In this document: positions 1-8,485 of the stretch, one piece after another
How positions within the stretch are numbered: the stretch's first letter is position 1
How the letters are laid out: every line of letters begins with the position of its first letter
IMG/VR virus record: IMGVR_UViG_3300037067_008746
Source of the DNA: an uncultured virus (IMG/VR IMGVR_UViG_3300037067_008746)
Taxonomy: Duplodnaviria; Heunggongvirae; Uroviricota; Caudoviricetes
Reading direction: 5' to 3' (one strand)
Length of the DNA stretch: 20,000 nucleotides
Position numbers and translations under genes: made by a program
The notes under the pieces: generated by a model
What the model was told of the DNA's origin: nothing
Database searches by the model: none
Seen by the model: only the letters and a program-made list of their open reading frames with translations

Positions 1-234
1 TGGGCAGCAGGAATAGACCCGGCAAAAATGACAGCAGAGCAGATGATGGAGGAATTGTATGATAGAGCAGGAATCGACGGGCTGTCAAGAATGCCAGAGC
101 TTTATAACCAGCAAATAAGAAGCCTGGTAATAAAGAAAGTAGGAACAAAACTAGAGCACGGAGAACGGGTGACAAAGGAAGAGCAGGAGCTGTATAATAA
201 ATACACTAAGAAAGAAATGGCAAAGGGGATCTGA
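1..234 (+). CDS. Hypothetical protein, probably 5'-truncated by the window edge
   Basis: Frame 1 is open from base 1 (WAAGIDPAK) into the 68-aa ORF 28..234; A-ending codon usage matches neighbouring genes; stop lies 2 nt before the next ATG. Confidence 0.7.
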   Translation, partial: WAAGIDPAKMTAEQMMEELYDRAGIDGLSRMPELYNQQIRSLVIKKVGTKLEHGERVTKEEQELYNKYTKKEMAKGI

Positions 235-236
235 AG

Positions 237-971
237 ATGGCAGAAATAACCGGAGAAATGCTAATTGCATTCGGAGAAGCCAACAATATGCGAATAATGA
301 GCCACAGAGATCCTAACAAGTGGGCAGAGAAAATAAACAAGAATAATGGAAAATGCCCATGCGGGAAGGAGTGCCCATGCGACGACTGCACTTGCATGTT
401 TTACGAGAAATCGGTGCCAGGGAAGGAAACAATAATGGTAAACAACACTGAAATAGCATCAGCAATCGAGACACTGGAAAAGGCGAAAGACGCACTAATG
501 AACATTCAACTAGACGAGCCAGAGAAAACAGCTCGCGCCATGGAGGAAGCAGCTAACATGGTAGAGAAAGACGCAATAGAACATAAATGCGGGCAATGCG
601 AGGACTACATGATGGGACTGGCAAGAAAACTAAACTTCATGCGCGACGAATGTGGAAAAGACACGAATTCATGTATGACAGAACGCGACCTGACGATAGA
701 AAGGATAGAAGGGATGCAGGAGACATTCATAGCCGCAGACGAGCTAATAACGAAAGCAGAACAGGAAACGACCAGAGACAATGGCTCCCATGGAGAGAAC
801 CATACCGATGAAGACATACCCGAAGCATTTCACGACTGTATAACAAGAACAACAAAAACACAGCTCCAAGACTTGAAACATGGTGATAGAATATGCACCG
901 CATCAAAGATGTGTGGAACGAAGAAACTGACCAAGGAAGATGCAGTGGCATCATGTGTGAAAGGGGCATGA
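237..971 (+). CDS. Cys-rich protein with N-terminal ferredoxin:thioredoxin reductase catalytic-chain-like motif
   Basis: 244 aa; KINKNNGK-CPC-GKE-CPC-DD-CTC-MFY resembles the FTR CPC...CPC...CHC signature with shortened spacers; further CxxC (CGQC) and spaced Cys in the C-terminal half. The CDS is secure, the function tentative. Confidence 0.6.
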   Translation: MAEITGEMLIAFGEANNMRIMSHRDPNKWAEKINKNNGKCPCGKECPCDDCTCMFYEKSVPGKETIMVNNTEIASAIETLEKAKDALMNIQLDEPEKTARAMEEAANMVEKDAIEHKCGQCEDYMMGLARKLNFMRDECGKDTNSCMTERDLTIERIEGMQETFIAADELITKAEQETTRDNGSHGENHTDEDIPEAFHDCITRTTKTQLQDLKHGDRICTASKMCGTKKLTKEDAVASCVKGA

Positions 972-975
972 AGAA

Positions 976-1314
976 ATGTTAATGCAATCAAAAATAATAA
1001 TGGCACTGGACGGGATAAAGCCAGTATCAGTCGCAGACGTGGCGAACACAGTGATGGGACAAAACAAAATAAACATGAAAAAATGTGAGGCACGCTGCAA
1101 ATATCAATTAGAGTTGCTGGCAGAGGCTGAAATAGCAGAATCATTCTTTGATGGGAAGAGGAGATTATACAAACTGCGCGACGGCGCAGAGATACTGGAT
1201 GGAACGATAAAACTGAACGGGAAGGACGGAAAAGAAAAATACACGGAAAACGTAAACAAGGTATTACGATTGATGTTGTCAGACGGTGACATAGTAATCA
1301 AGATACTGGTATAA
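976..1314 (+). CDS. Winged-helix DNA-binding protein
   Basis: 112 aa; pattern KIIMAL...PVSVADVANTV...CKYQLELLAEAEIAES...GKRRLYKL is typical of wHTH proteins; 4 nt after the upstream stop. Confidence 0.65.
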   Translation: MLMQSKIIMALDGIKPVSVADVANTVMGQNKINMKKCEARCKYQLELLAEAEIAESFFDGKRRLYKLRDGAEILDGTIKLNGKDGKEKYTENVNKVLRLMLSDGDIVIKILV

Positions 1315-1338
1315 CAAGAAAAATTATTCGCACACATC

Positions 1339-1376
1339 TTTTTATATGTTCTCAATCGTTCTGTAATACAAGGTGA
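1339..1376 (+). promoter_or_regulatory. Archaeal TATA box and RBS for the 69-aa gene
   Basis: TTTTTATAT at 1339-1347 and AGGTGA at 1371-1376, 6 nt before ATG 1383. Confidence 0.7.
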
Positions 1377-1382
1377 ACTGTT

Positions 1383-1592
1383 ATGTCGAAGACTATTAAG
1401 CCGGGAGAACTTGCCAACCCGCAGGTTCGTGTAAGGATTTTCAAGAACAAAATGGGATTCATCCACGTTGGAAAGGGAAACCCTGATGCAATCAAAGCTC
1501 AACAGAGTGTGCTGGCTTCCTGCGCTCGCAGCGCCAAGGGACTGAAGGGTGCCGCATTCAGAGCTGAAGTAACCAAGTGCATGAAGAGATGA
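1383..1592 (+). CDS. Small basic protein with PsiF-repeat-like C-terminal half; candidate abundant nucleoprotein
   Basis: 69 aa, K/R rich; QQSVLASCARSAKGLKGAAFRAEVTKCMK fits QQ-x5-C-x3-A..LKG..R..C; own TATA, RBS and downstream hairpin. Confidence 0.7.
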   Translation: MSKTIKPGELANPQVRVRIFKNKMGFIHVGKGNPDAIKAQQSVLASCARSAKGLKGAAFRAEVTKCMKR

Positions 1593-1599
1593 ACAGAAC

Positions 1600-1635
1600 C
1601 CCGTCGCTTCGCGACGGGACAAAAAACAACTTTTT
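1600..1635. terminator. Hairpin with A and T runs between convergent genes
   Basis: CCCGTCGC-ttc-GCGACGGG perfect 8-bp stem (1600-1618), then A6 (1621-1626) and a T run ending at 1635, between stops at 1592 (+) and 1634 (-). Confidence 0.65.
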
Positions 1636-2854
1636 ATGACAAACGTGGAACCAACGGAACTCTTTTTATTTCACCAGCGACAGGGACAACAATTTCGTCA
1701 TCTATGACATAATCACCACCATCGACGACAGCACTTATTTTGGTCGAAACATCCACTGGGAGATCAACCGTGATGGGGGCAATGCCAACGATACTATCAT
1801 CGAGTGAAATGATGGCACGACGACCGATGGGGGCAACCGTGATATGGACAGTGCCGAGAGAAACCGGAACTTTTTGCAACGTGTAAACAGGCAATTGTCG
1901 CTTTGAATTGGTAATATCAACTTCATCGCGAACAGAGCTATATCCAGGAGCAGACACGACAATAACATACCTCCCAACGGGCATTTCTATTTCACATGGA
2001 GTGATATTATCATTGATAACAAGATCTTCACCGACACGACCGACATAAACCGTGGCGTGAGTGGGTGATGACGTGACCTTAATGGAGCCGAGCTGCGGCC
2101 AACTAGAAATGCACTTGGCAGCGGCCTGCTTGAACTCGACCGGATCGACAAAATGATTTTTACCAAACTTAAGATTAGGTTCAGTGTAACACCGCTCAAG
2201 GGACCACAGGGCAAAGTTAACGTCACCTGAATAAACAGTGCCAAGGACACGTCCATACAGATCATTGGGGGTGTGACGGTCGTAGAACACCGTCACATCG
2301 CGACCAAGCCAGAAATCATTGGTAGCCTCCATGACCATCTTACCACGCGACGTGCCGCCCTCAGGGCAATCTATGCCAGCGACACGGACTTGGTGCCTGG
2401 TGGGAATAGCACCTTCCATGGCAACCTGCTCCACAGTAAGAGTGTCACCATCAGCGACAAGGACAATCTTGCCTTCAAAACTGCGGCCAACATCAGTATC
2501 ATTCTCAGTGCTGCCAGACGAGATGGGAGCGGTAAGACTGGGTATAATTATAGTGTCTTCAAGATAATCAAGCTGCATCTTGATATTATCAATCTTATAT
2601 GCATAATACTCTGGCTCATGATCATAGAGCTTGGATTTATTATCTTCAATAAACACCTTGAATATATCGAAATCTTTAGCAAGGGCAAGAAGATCCTGCC
2701 TGGCAGCAACATAGAGGGCGGATGCATCAGTATTGTACTGCTCATTCTCTTTAGCCTGTTTCTGAACTTTGATGACATTATCAATGCCTCTGAGGAGGTC
2801 TTGCAATCGCTGTCGGGCTTCAGCGACTGTAGTATTGATGTAACCAGTGGACAT
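1634..2854 (-). CDS. Thermonuclease (staphylococcal-nuclease-like) protein with N-terminal helical region and two C-terminal PEGA-like domains
   Basis: SNase motifs VADGDTL, VRVAGIDCPE, DLYGRVLGTVY; PEGA-like GSIKVTSSPTHATVYV...GRYVIVVSAPGY and GTVHITVAP...GIAPITV. Start moved to ATG 2854 (MSTGY) because a minus-strand TTTATA sits 25-30 nt upstream. Confidence 0.85.
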   Translation of the reverse strand: MSTGYINTTVAEARQRLQDLLRGIDNVIKVQKQAKENEQYNTDASALYVAARQDLLALAKDFDIFKVFIEDNKSKLYDHEPEYYAYKIDNIKMQLDYLEDTIIIPSLTAPISSGSTENDTDVGRSFEGKIVLVADGDTLTVEQVAMEGAIPTRHQVRVAGIDCPEGGTSRGKMVMEATNDFWLGRDVTVFYDRHTPNDLYGRVLGTVYSGDVNFALWSLERCYTEPNLKFGKNHFVDPVEFKQAAAKCISSWPQLGSIKVTSSPTHATVYVGRVGEDLVINDNITPCEIEMPVGRYVIVVSAPGYSSVRDEVDITNSKRQLPVYTLQKVPVSLGTVHITVAPIGRRAIISLDDSIVGIAPITVDLPVDVSTKISAVVDGGDYVIDDEIVVPVAGEIKRVPLVPRLS

Positions 2855-2893
2855 GGATGAATATTTATGTCGAGGCAGTATAAAGTATTGACT
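2855..2893. promoter_or_regulatory. Divergent promoter region
   Basis: 39-nt gap between divergent starts (2854 -, 2894 +); TATAAA at 2879-2884 reads TTTATA on the minus strand; ATATTTAT at 2861-2868 could serve the + strand. Confidence 0.5.
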
Positions 2894-3007
2894 ATGATAA
2901 ATAACAGCCATGAGTTACTGAAGAAAAAACAGGAAGCAATACAGGCAATTAAGAAAAAAGTGAAAGAAATCGAAAACAAGAAAATGAATCAACTGAGGGT
3001 GAAATAA
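2894..3007 (+). CDS. 37-aa Lys-rich coiled-coil micro-protein (not in ORF track)
   Basis: MINNSHELLKKKQEAIQAIKKKVKEIENKKMNQLRVK*, translated by hand; fills the gap and stops 1 nt before ATG 3009; contains the GAGGGTGA RBS of the next gene. Confidence 0.55.
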   Translation: MINNSHELLKKKQEAIQAIKKKVKEIENKKMNQLRVK

Positions 3008-3008
3008 G

Positions 3009-6000
3009 ATGGTAGACTTCAATGCACTGGCAAACGCAGTGGCATCAAACCAGAACATAGGATACAATGCGACACAGAGCACGCCAGCAGTGACTAGAAC
3101 AATAGAATTCTCACCGACATTCAGTGCAACAAACACGATAACAAACACACTGGCACAGAACGCAGCAAAAGAAGTAAAGAATCTAGCAACAGAATTGCAA
3201 ACAAGAAACACAGAATTAAAAGTGTTGACCGAGCAAACAAAACTACCATCGATAAAAGAATTCACATTAACAGTGGACGACATGCTGGAAAATTCGTTGA
3301 ACACGATAAATCTAATAGACCAATCAATCGCATCGGCGGCAAGAAATATAGAAAGTATAACAACTGAAGCAATATTACAGAGAAACCCATCTCTAAAAGA
3401 AATAGAAACGATACAAATGGAATCGCTGGACGCACTTGCACTAATAGATGCATTAAAAGACACGACAAACGCAGATATATCAAAATTGTCTGGAACACTG
3501 AAAAGTATTGCACTGACAGTTGCAATGAATGATCAAACATGGCTAAAACAACAAGACTTGTCAACGATACTAAACGAAGGATTGAAAATAGGATCACTGA
3601 CATACACGCCAGAAGAAATTCAAACAAACACAACACTGAAGGCAACACTACTAAACAACATATCAAAAACATCCGAGATGGCATACAAAGTAGAAGACAT
3701 CACAAAAGACGAAGGATTAAACAGATATCTGAGATCGCTGGGATATATATCAAACGTAGAAGAATTTCAGGGAGCAGTTGCATCAAAGAAGGAAATAAAC
3801 GGTGTAACATTGTTTGAGGCAATGAGAAATTATCAAAAAGAAAGCGGTTCTACCAATGTGCTGAAACCGGTGCTGATGGATGTGGCACGAGGGCCAATTT
3901 CAATAGAAATAATACAGAGCGAAGAACCAATACAAAGAAAGGCAACACGAACAATAAAATTCGATGAGCCAACACAGTTATCTGGATCGCAGATTAAGAA
4001 AGTGTCGACGGACACACTGAAACCAATTCCAACTGAAAATGGGACATACAAGGCACAACTAACAGATCCAACCGGAAAGGTAACAACACTGCGATTTGAT
4101 TCATTGAGTGATGCACAAACACAAATGGCAATATGGGAATCACAAAATCCAGAAAGCAGGAGAAGACTGTCGGAAATTGTACCAGGGAAAAATGCAGTGA
4201 CGTTGGTAGCGACACTCACTAGATATAACAACGAAGGAAAAAAGATAGAAAAAAACACGGCACTGCGGGCGACCGGTAGCACAATAGAAGAAGCACAAAA
4301 GAAACTAAACAGCACGTTAGAAAAGCAGATAGAATCAGACACAAACAAAGGAATAAAGATAGTAAATGTAGAAATGAAAACATATCACAAAGAAACATTC
4401 GATGAAAACTTAATAATGGCGGTGGGAGGAACAGAAACACCACTACACGCTGCAAACAACGTGGCAACGCCGTCGAAACAATCATTGACAGGATCAGGAG
4501 AATTGCTGTATTCGGCAGAAAAGCAAGCAGAAATCGCAGAAGCAATTGCAAAACAGGAACAGACATTTGCGAACACGGAATACGTGAGACTACTTGAGCC
4601 AGGAGAGACGATACTATCAGAGGAAACGAAACAACAAATACTGGCGGAAAAAGAAAAATACCCATACAAATTCGTAGACAATTCAATAACGGTGATAAAA
4701 CAAGACATAGCACCAGCAGAGTACGTGAACATAGAAGGGCACGAAACAATATCAGGTATACTGAATGCAATATACAAGTGGTATCTGCCAGACAATGAAA
4801 AACTAGCAGCAGACGGAATACTACAAAAATCAACTGTGACACAATACGGCGCATCGTTTATGGACGTGTACGGACAGGGAACACGATCAATGGATGCAGC
4901 AACGGCATTGACACTGGCGAGAGGGCCGGTGGTAACGACAACCGAATACAAACTGACGGAACTAGGAGAACAGGTGAGGCAAGAGATAGTAGCAAAGAAA
5001 CAGAGTGGTGACATATACTTAACAAGCAAAATACTGGACCTGGATGAAAACGATCAAAACAACCTGGTCTATGGACTGGAATTTGCAAACGATGATATCC
5101 AGCTTGAACAAATGAAAACAGATATAAAAAACATGCCAGCAGTTGAACTCGCAAGAATAAGCAATACATGGTACGGATCAACCGCAAAGGAAGTAGTCGG
5201 GGAAGAAGCGTTTGGTGACGCATGGTTAGATGAAGACGTGATTGCAAGCATCGCACAAATCCATTCGGGGCAAACTGTGCCGAAATTAGAAAAGATAATA
5301 TCAGAAATAACGTCGCCATACATGACAGGAGATGTGACAACGGATTTCGCAGCATTCTTCCTACTGGGGGGAGTGGCTGGTGAAATACCAGACATATTCA
5401 ACGTGGCATCGAAACTGGGAAAAACAGAACTTGTATCAGGAGCACTGCTAAAAGTAGCAGACATAAGCAAAAGCGTCGATAAAGTAGGAGAGTTCGTAGA
5501 TTATGCGAAAAACGCAAAGATCGAGATACCATACAGTGTGATAAACAACGCAGTGTTCAATGCAATGCCAATATCAAACATCGCAATAATACCGTCAAGC
5601 GGATCAATATCAAAAGCAATATCATCACCGGGAATGACAGCAGACATAGCAAAACTAGGAACAACGACCACGAACAAAGTAGATGCGAAGATAACGACAA
5701 TAGTACAGGACTACAGAAAAACACTAGACGCCGGGATGAGCAATGATGCAAAAGCGGCAGAACTGGTGTTAAGACTGGCAGGCGACGATAAAACGATAGT
5801 AAACGCGGCGCTAACGGAATTCATAGGAACAGATCCAAATACAATATACGCAGTGATAAGCAAGGGATCAACGAAAGTAGACCCGGCGACGGCAACAACT
5901 GTGTGGGAAAGACTGGAAACAGCAAACAAGTCTTACAGCGATTTAGCAGAGGCATTCGTAAAAGACATAATCACAAAATCAGATGGAGATCCGATTGTAG

Positions 6001-8471
6001 CAGCAAAACAACTTACCGACATGGGAGATAACATAGGAAAAGACGCAGTAAACTATATGATAAACACTGCAATGGCGCAGGGAACAAACTATTACAACGA
6101 TATAACAAACGCAGTTGAGGAATGGTCTAAAATAGACAACGCGGCGACACCGATACTAGCATCACCGACAGGAGCTACAAAGGCGATATCATCGAAGTCA
6201 ATAGACCTAGATGTGATAACACCAGATCAGCCATGGAAACTAAACGCATTGAGACGAGATAGCAACAAAGTAGAAACATCGACTGGAAAGGTAAGAAAAA
6301 TAGAAGACGTACATGATCTAGCGGCGCTGAGCGATGAAGAAATTGTCGCAATATCAAACAGCGATTACAAATTCGGGATAACAATACAAGATCTGAGAAA
6401 CTACAGAACAAAAGCACAAGACATATTGTCAAGAGACGTGAACGCAGAGATAGAAGACGTGACGGAAAAATTAACAGCGGCAGATAGAATCGGAGATACA
6501 GTAAAAGAAACCGCATACAAAAAACCAAAATCAGAAGCAATACTAATAGATATGGATAGATTAGGATTCAAACCGATCAACATGGAAAATTGGAGAACAG
6601 GAGACAAAACGTGGTCATGGGACGCAAAATCAATGAACACATTGAGTGACAAGGACTTCAAATATTTAACAGAGCGAAACCAAAACGAACTTGCAGTAGT
6701 GTTCAGAGACATAACGATACAAGACATAATGAAAGCACCAATAACAAACGAACGAAAGTCAACACTGATACGAAACTTCGCGACATCGATGACATCAAAT
6801 AACGCGGGAATAACAAAGATAGCAGATGCAACAAGATTGAATGAGCTAGTAGCAAAACAGAACAACGAAATAACAAAACTGATGTCAATGACAGACAACA
6901 TGGAAATAAAGAAACAACAAGAACTGATAAAATCAATCAACGAAGAAATAACACTGGAAAAGAACTCGTTAGAAGTAGCTAAATCGCATGTAGATACGAC
7001 TCCAAAAATACCGAAACCATCACCAATGAAACCAGGGAAAACAGCGCCGTCTAAGGCAGCAAACAATGCGCTGAATGAACTAAAGAAAGGAAACATAGAC
7101 GCGGCAGCAAAGAAACTGGGCGAAGCAAGCACATACAAACGACAAAACCTGATGGCAGACAAAGCAAACTTGCCAAAGTATGATGGAGTAACGATAGCAA
7201 AGATAAGACGGTTGGAAGGAACAGGAGCGCCAGATTCACTGATAAAACAGATGATGAGAGAACGATCAGAATACGCACTACAACAATTAGCAAAACAAGA
7301 CACTGACATGAAGAAGATAGCATTCAAGCTATCGAAAGGAGACGAATTGACAGAAGCAGAGAGATTGAAATTGTGGGACAACGGCGATGACATACGAAAA
7401 CTCGGAAAAGACGCAGCACACACAGACGATGGAAATCTGTTGATAAAAGGATTAACCGACGACGCAATCAAGTCCGGTGATAAGGCAAGAATGCAGAAAC
7501 TGGCCGACGAAATAAAAGCAGACAAGGAAAATTGCGTGAAACTGGGTGAGTGCGCGGGAACATCAGCAATATCATCGACACTATCGAGCGCACTATCATC
7601 AACACCGGTGTTGGCACTAGGCGTACTGACGGCAGCAGGTCTAACGATGACAACGATGACGGACGCCGATGGAAAGATGTGGAAATACGACGCGGACAAA
7701 GAAACTTACTACGAGATAACACAGAACGGACCAAAGACTGTAGACGTGAAGCATAGCTTGGAAGAATCAACTGAAGGACCAGAGAACGTAAATGTTGCAA
7801 TACTACCAGCATGGAAAGCACTGATGAATAGCGAAATACCATTACAATCATGGTACGAAGGATCTACACCAGGATACCAAGGACGAAACGTAGACATGGA
7901 CGAATACATATGTCAGAATTTTGCATTAGATGCAGTCGATGTAATAAACAGTGACACGGACACAAAGAAAGCAAACCTAAAAGCGTATGTAGTAAATATA
8001 TACGGAACGATAACAACTGATAAAACGGACATAGTATCACACGCGCTAGTGATGATAGAAAACGGAAACAAAAAAGTTGGTTCGTATGTAGACCCAGTAA
8101 CAAAACGATCAGTACCAATATACGAAAAAACACTAATAGAACCACAAACAGGACAAACAAGCTACAGTGGAATAGACCTAACATCAACAAACATGATGCT
8201 AGGTTCAGAAACATATGACATAGAACTGATACAACAAATGGAAAACACGACGCAAGAACTCAGAATCGGATATGACACGGGAATAGAAGATATATCAACA
8301 GTGTCAAAAGGAGACATGATAACAAACGTACAAGACGAATACGCACCAGGAATATCACAGACGGTCAGAGAAGCAGTAGATCGCGGAACACCGACTGAAA
8401 TAGCAGAACAAGCACGAATAAGCCCGTGGTGGAGCGAAGGAACAGACAAGAAAATAGTACCAAAAAAGTAA
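3009..8471 (+). CDS. Very large putative virion/ejection protein with C-terminal papain/transglutaminase-like cysteine peptidase domain
   Basis: 1820 aa, RBS GAGGGTGA; largely helical; hydrophobic segments FAAFFLLGGVAG (~5346-5381) and PVLALGVLTAAGLTM (~7604-7650); C-terminal YICQNFA...SHALVMI...LIEPQTG gives a Cys-His-Glu triad. Confidence 0.7.
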   Translation: MVDFNALANAVASNQNIGYNATQSTPAVTRTIEFSPTFSATNTITNTLAQNAAKEVKNLATELQTRNTELKVLTEQTKLPSIKEFTLTVDDMLENSLNTINLIDQSIASAARNIESITTEAILQRNPSLKEIETIQMESLDALALIDALKDTTNADISKLSGTLKSIALTVAMNDQTWLKQQDLSTILNEGLKIGSLTYTPEEIQTNTTLKATLLNNISKTSEMAYKVEDITKDEGLNRYLRSLGYISNVEEFQGAVASKKEINGVTLFEAMRNYQKESGSTNVLKPVLMDVARGPISIEIIQSEEPIQRKATRTIKFDEPTQLSGSQIKKVSTDTLKPIPTENGTYKAQLTDPTGKVTTLRFDSLSDAQTQMAIWESQNPESRRRLSEIVPGKNAVTLVATLTRYNNEGKKIEKNTALRATGSTIEEAQKKLNSTLEKQIESDTNKGIKIVNVEMKTYHKETFDENLIMAVGGTETPLHAANNVATPSKQSLTGSGELLYSAEKQAEIAEAIAKQEQTFANTEYVRLLEPGETILSEETKQQILAEKEKYPYKFVDNSITVIKQDIAPAEYVNIEGHETISGILNAIYKWYLPDNEKLAADGILQKSTVTQYGASFMDVYGQGTRSMDAATALTLARGPVVTTTEYKLTELGEQVRQEIVAKKQSGDIYLTSKILDLDENDQNNLVYGLEFANDDIQLEQMKTDIKNMPAVELARISNTWYGSTAKEVVGEEAFGDAWLDEDVIASIAQIHSGQTVPKLEKIISEITSPYMTGDVTTDFAAFFLLGGVAGEIPDIFNVASKLGKTELVSGALLKVADISKSVDKVGEFVDYAKNAKIEIPYSVINNAVFNAMPISNIAIIPSSGSISKAISSPGMTADIAKLGTTTTNKVDAKITTIVQDYRKTLDAGMSNDAKAAELVLRLAGDDKTIVNAALTEFIGTDPNTIYAVISKGSTKVDPATATTVWERLETANKSYSDLAEAFVKDIITKSDGDPIVAAKQLTDMGDNIGKDAVNYMINTAMAQGTNYYNDITNAVEEWSKIDNAATPILASPTGATKAISSKSIDLDVITPDQPWKLNALRRDSNKVETSTGKVRKIEDVHDLAALSDEEIVAISNSDYKFGITIQDLRNYRTKAQDILSRDVNAEIEDVTEKLTAADRIGDTVKETAYKKPKSEAILIDMDRLGFKPINMENWRTGDKTWSWDAKSMNTLSDKDFKYLTERNQNELAVVFRDITIQDIMKAPITNERKSTLIRNFATSMTSNNAGITKIADATRLNELVAKQNNEITKLMSMTDNMEIKKQQELIKSINEEITLEKNSLEVAKSHVDTTPKIPKPSPMKPGKTAPSKAANNALNELKKGNIDAAAKKLGEASTYKRQNLMADKANLPKYDGVTIAKIRRLEGTGAPDSLIKQMMRERSEYALQQLAKQDTDMKKIAFKLSKGDELTEAERLKLWDNGDDIRKLGKDAAHTDDGNLLIKGLTDDAIKSGDKARMQKLADEIKADKENCVKLGECAGTSAISSTLSSALSSTPVLALGVLTAAGLTMTTMTDADGKMWKYDADKETYYEITQNGPKTVDVKHSLEESTEGPENVNVAILPAWKALMNSEIPLQSWYEGSTPGYQGRNVDMDEYICQNFALDAVDVINSDTDTKKANLKAYVVNIYGTITTDKTDIVSHALVMIENGNKKVGSYVDPVTKRSVPIYEKTLIEPQTGQTSYSGIDLTSTNMMLGSETYDIELIQQMENTTQELRIGYDTGIEDISTVSKGDMITNVQDEYAPGISQTVREAVDRGTPTEIAEQARISPWWSEGTDKKIVPKK

Positions 8472-8485
8472 TGGAGATGATTTAA

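Noticed and set aside
2273..2860. Plus-strand 195-aa and 82-aa ORFs
   Set aside because: Antisense to the motif-supported thermonuclease gene.
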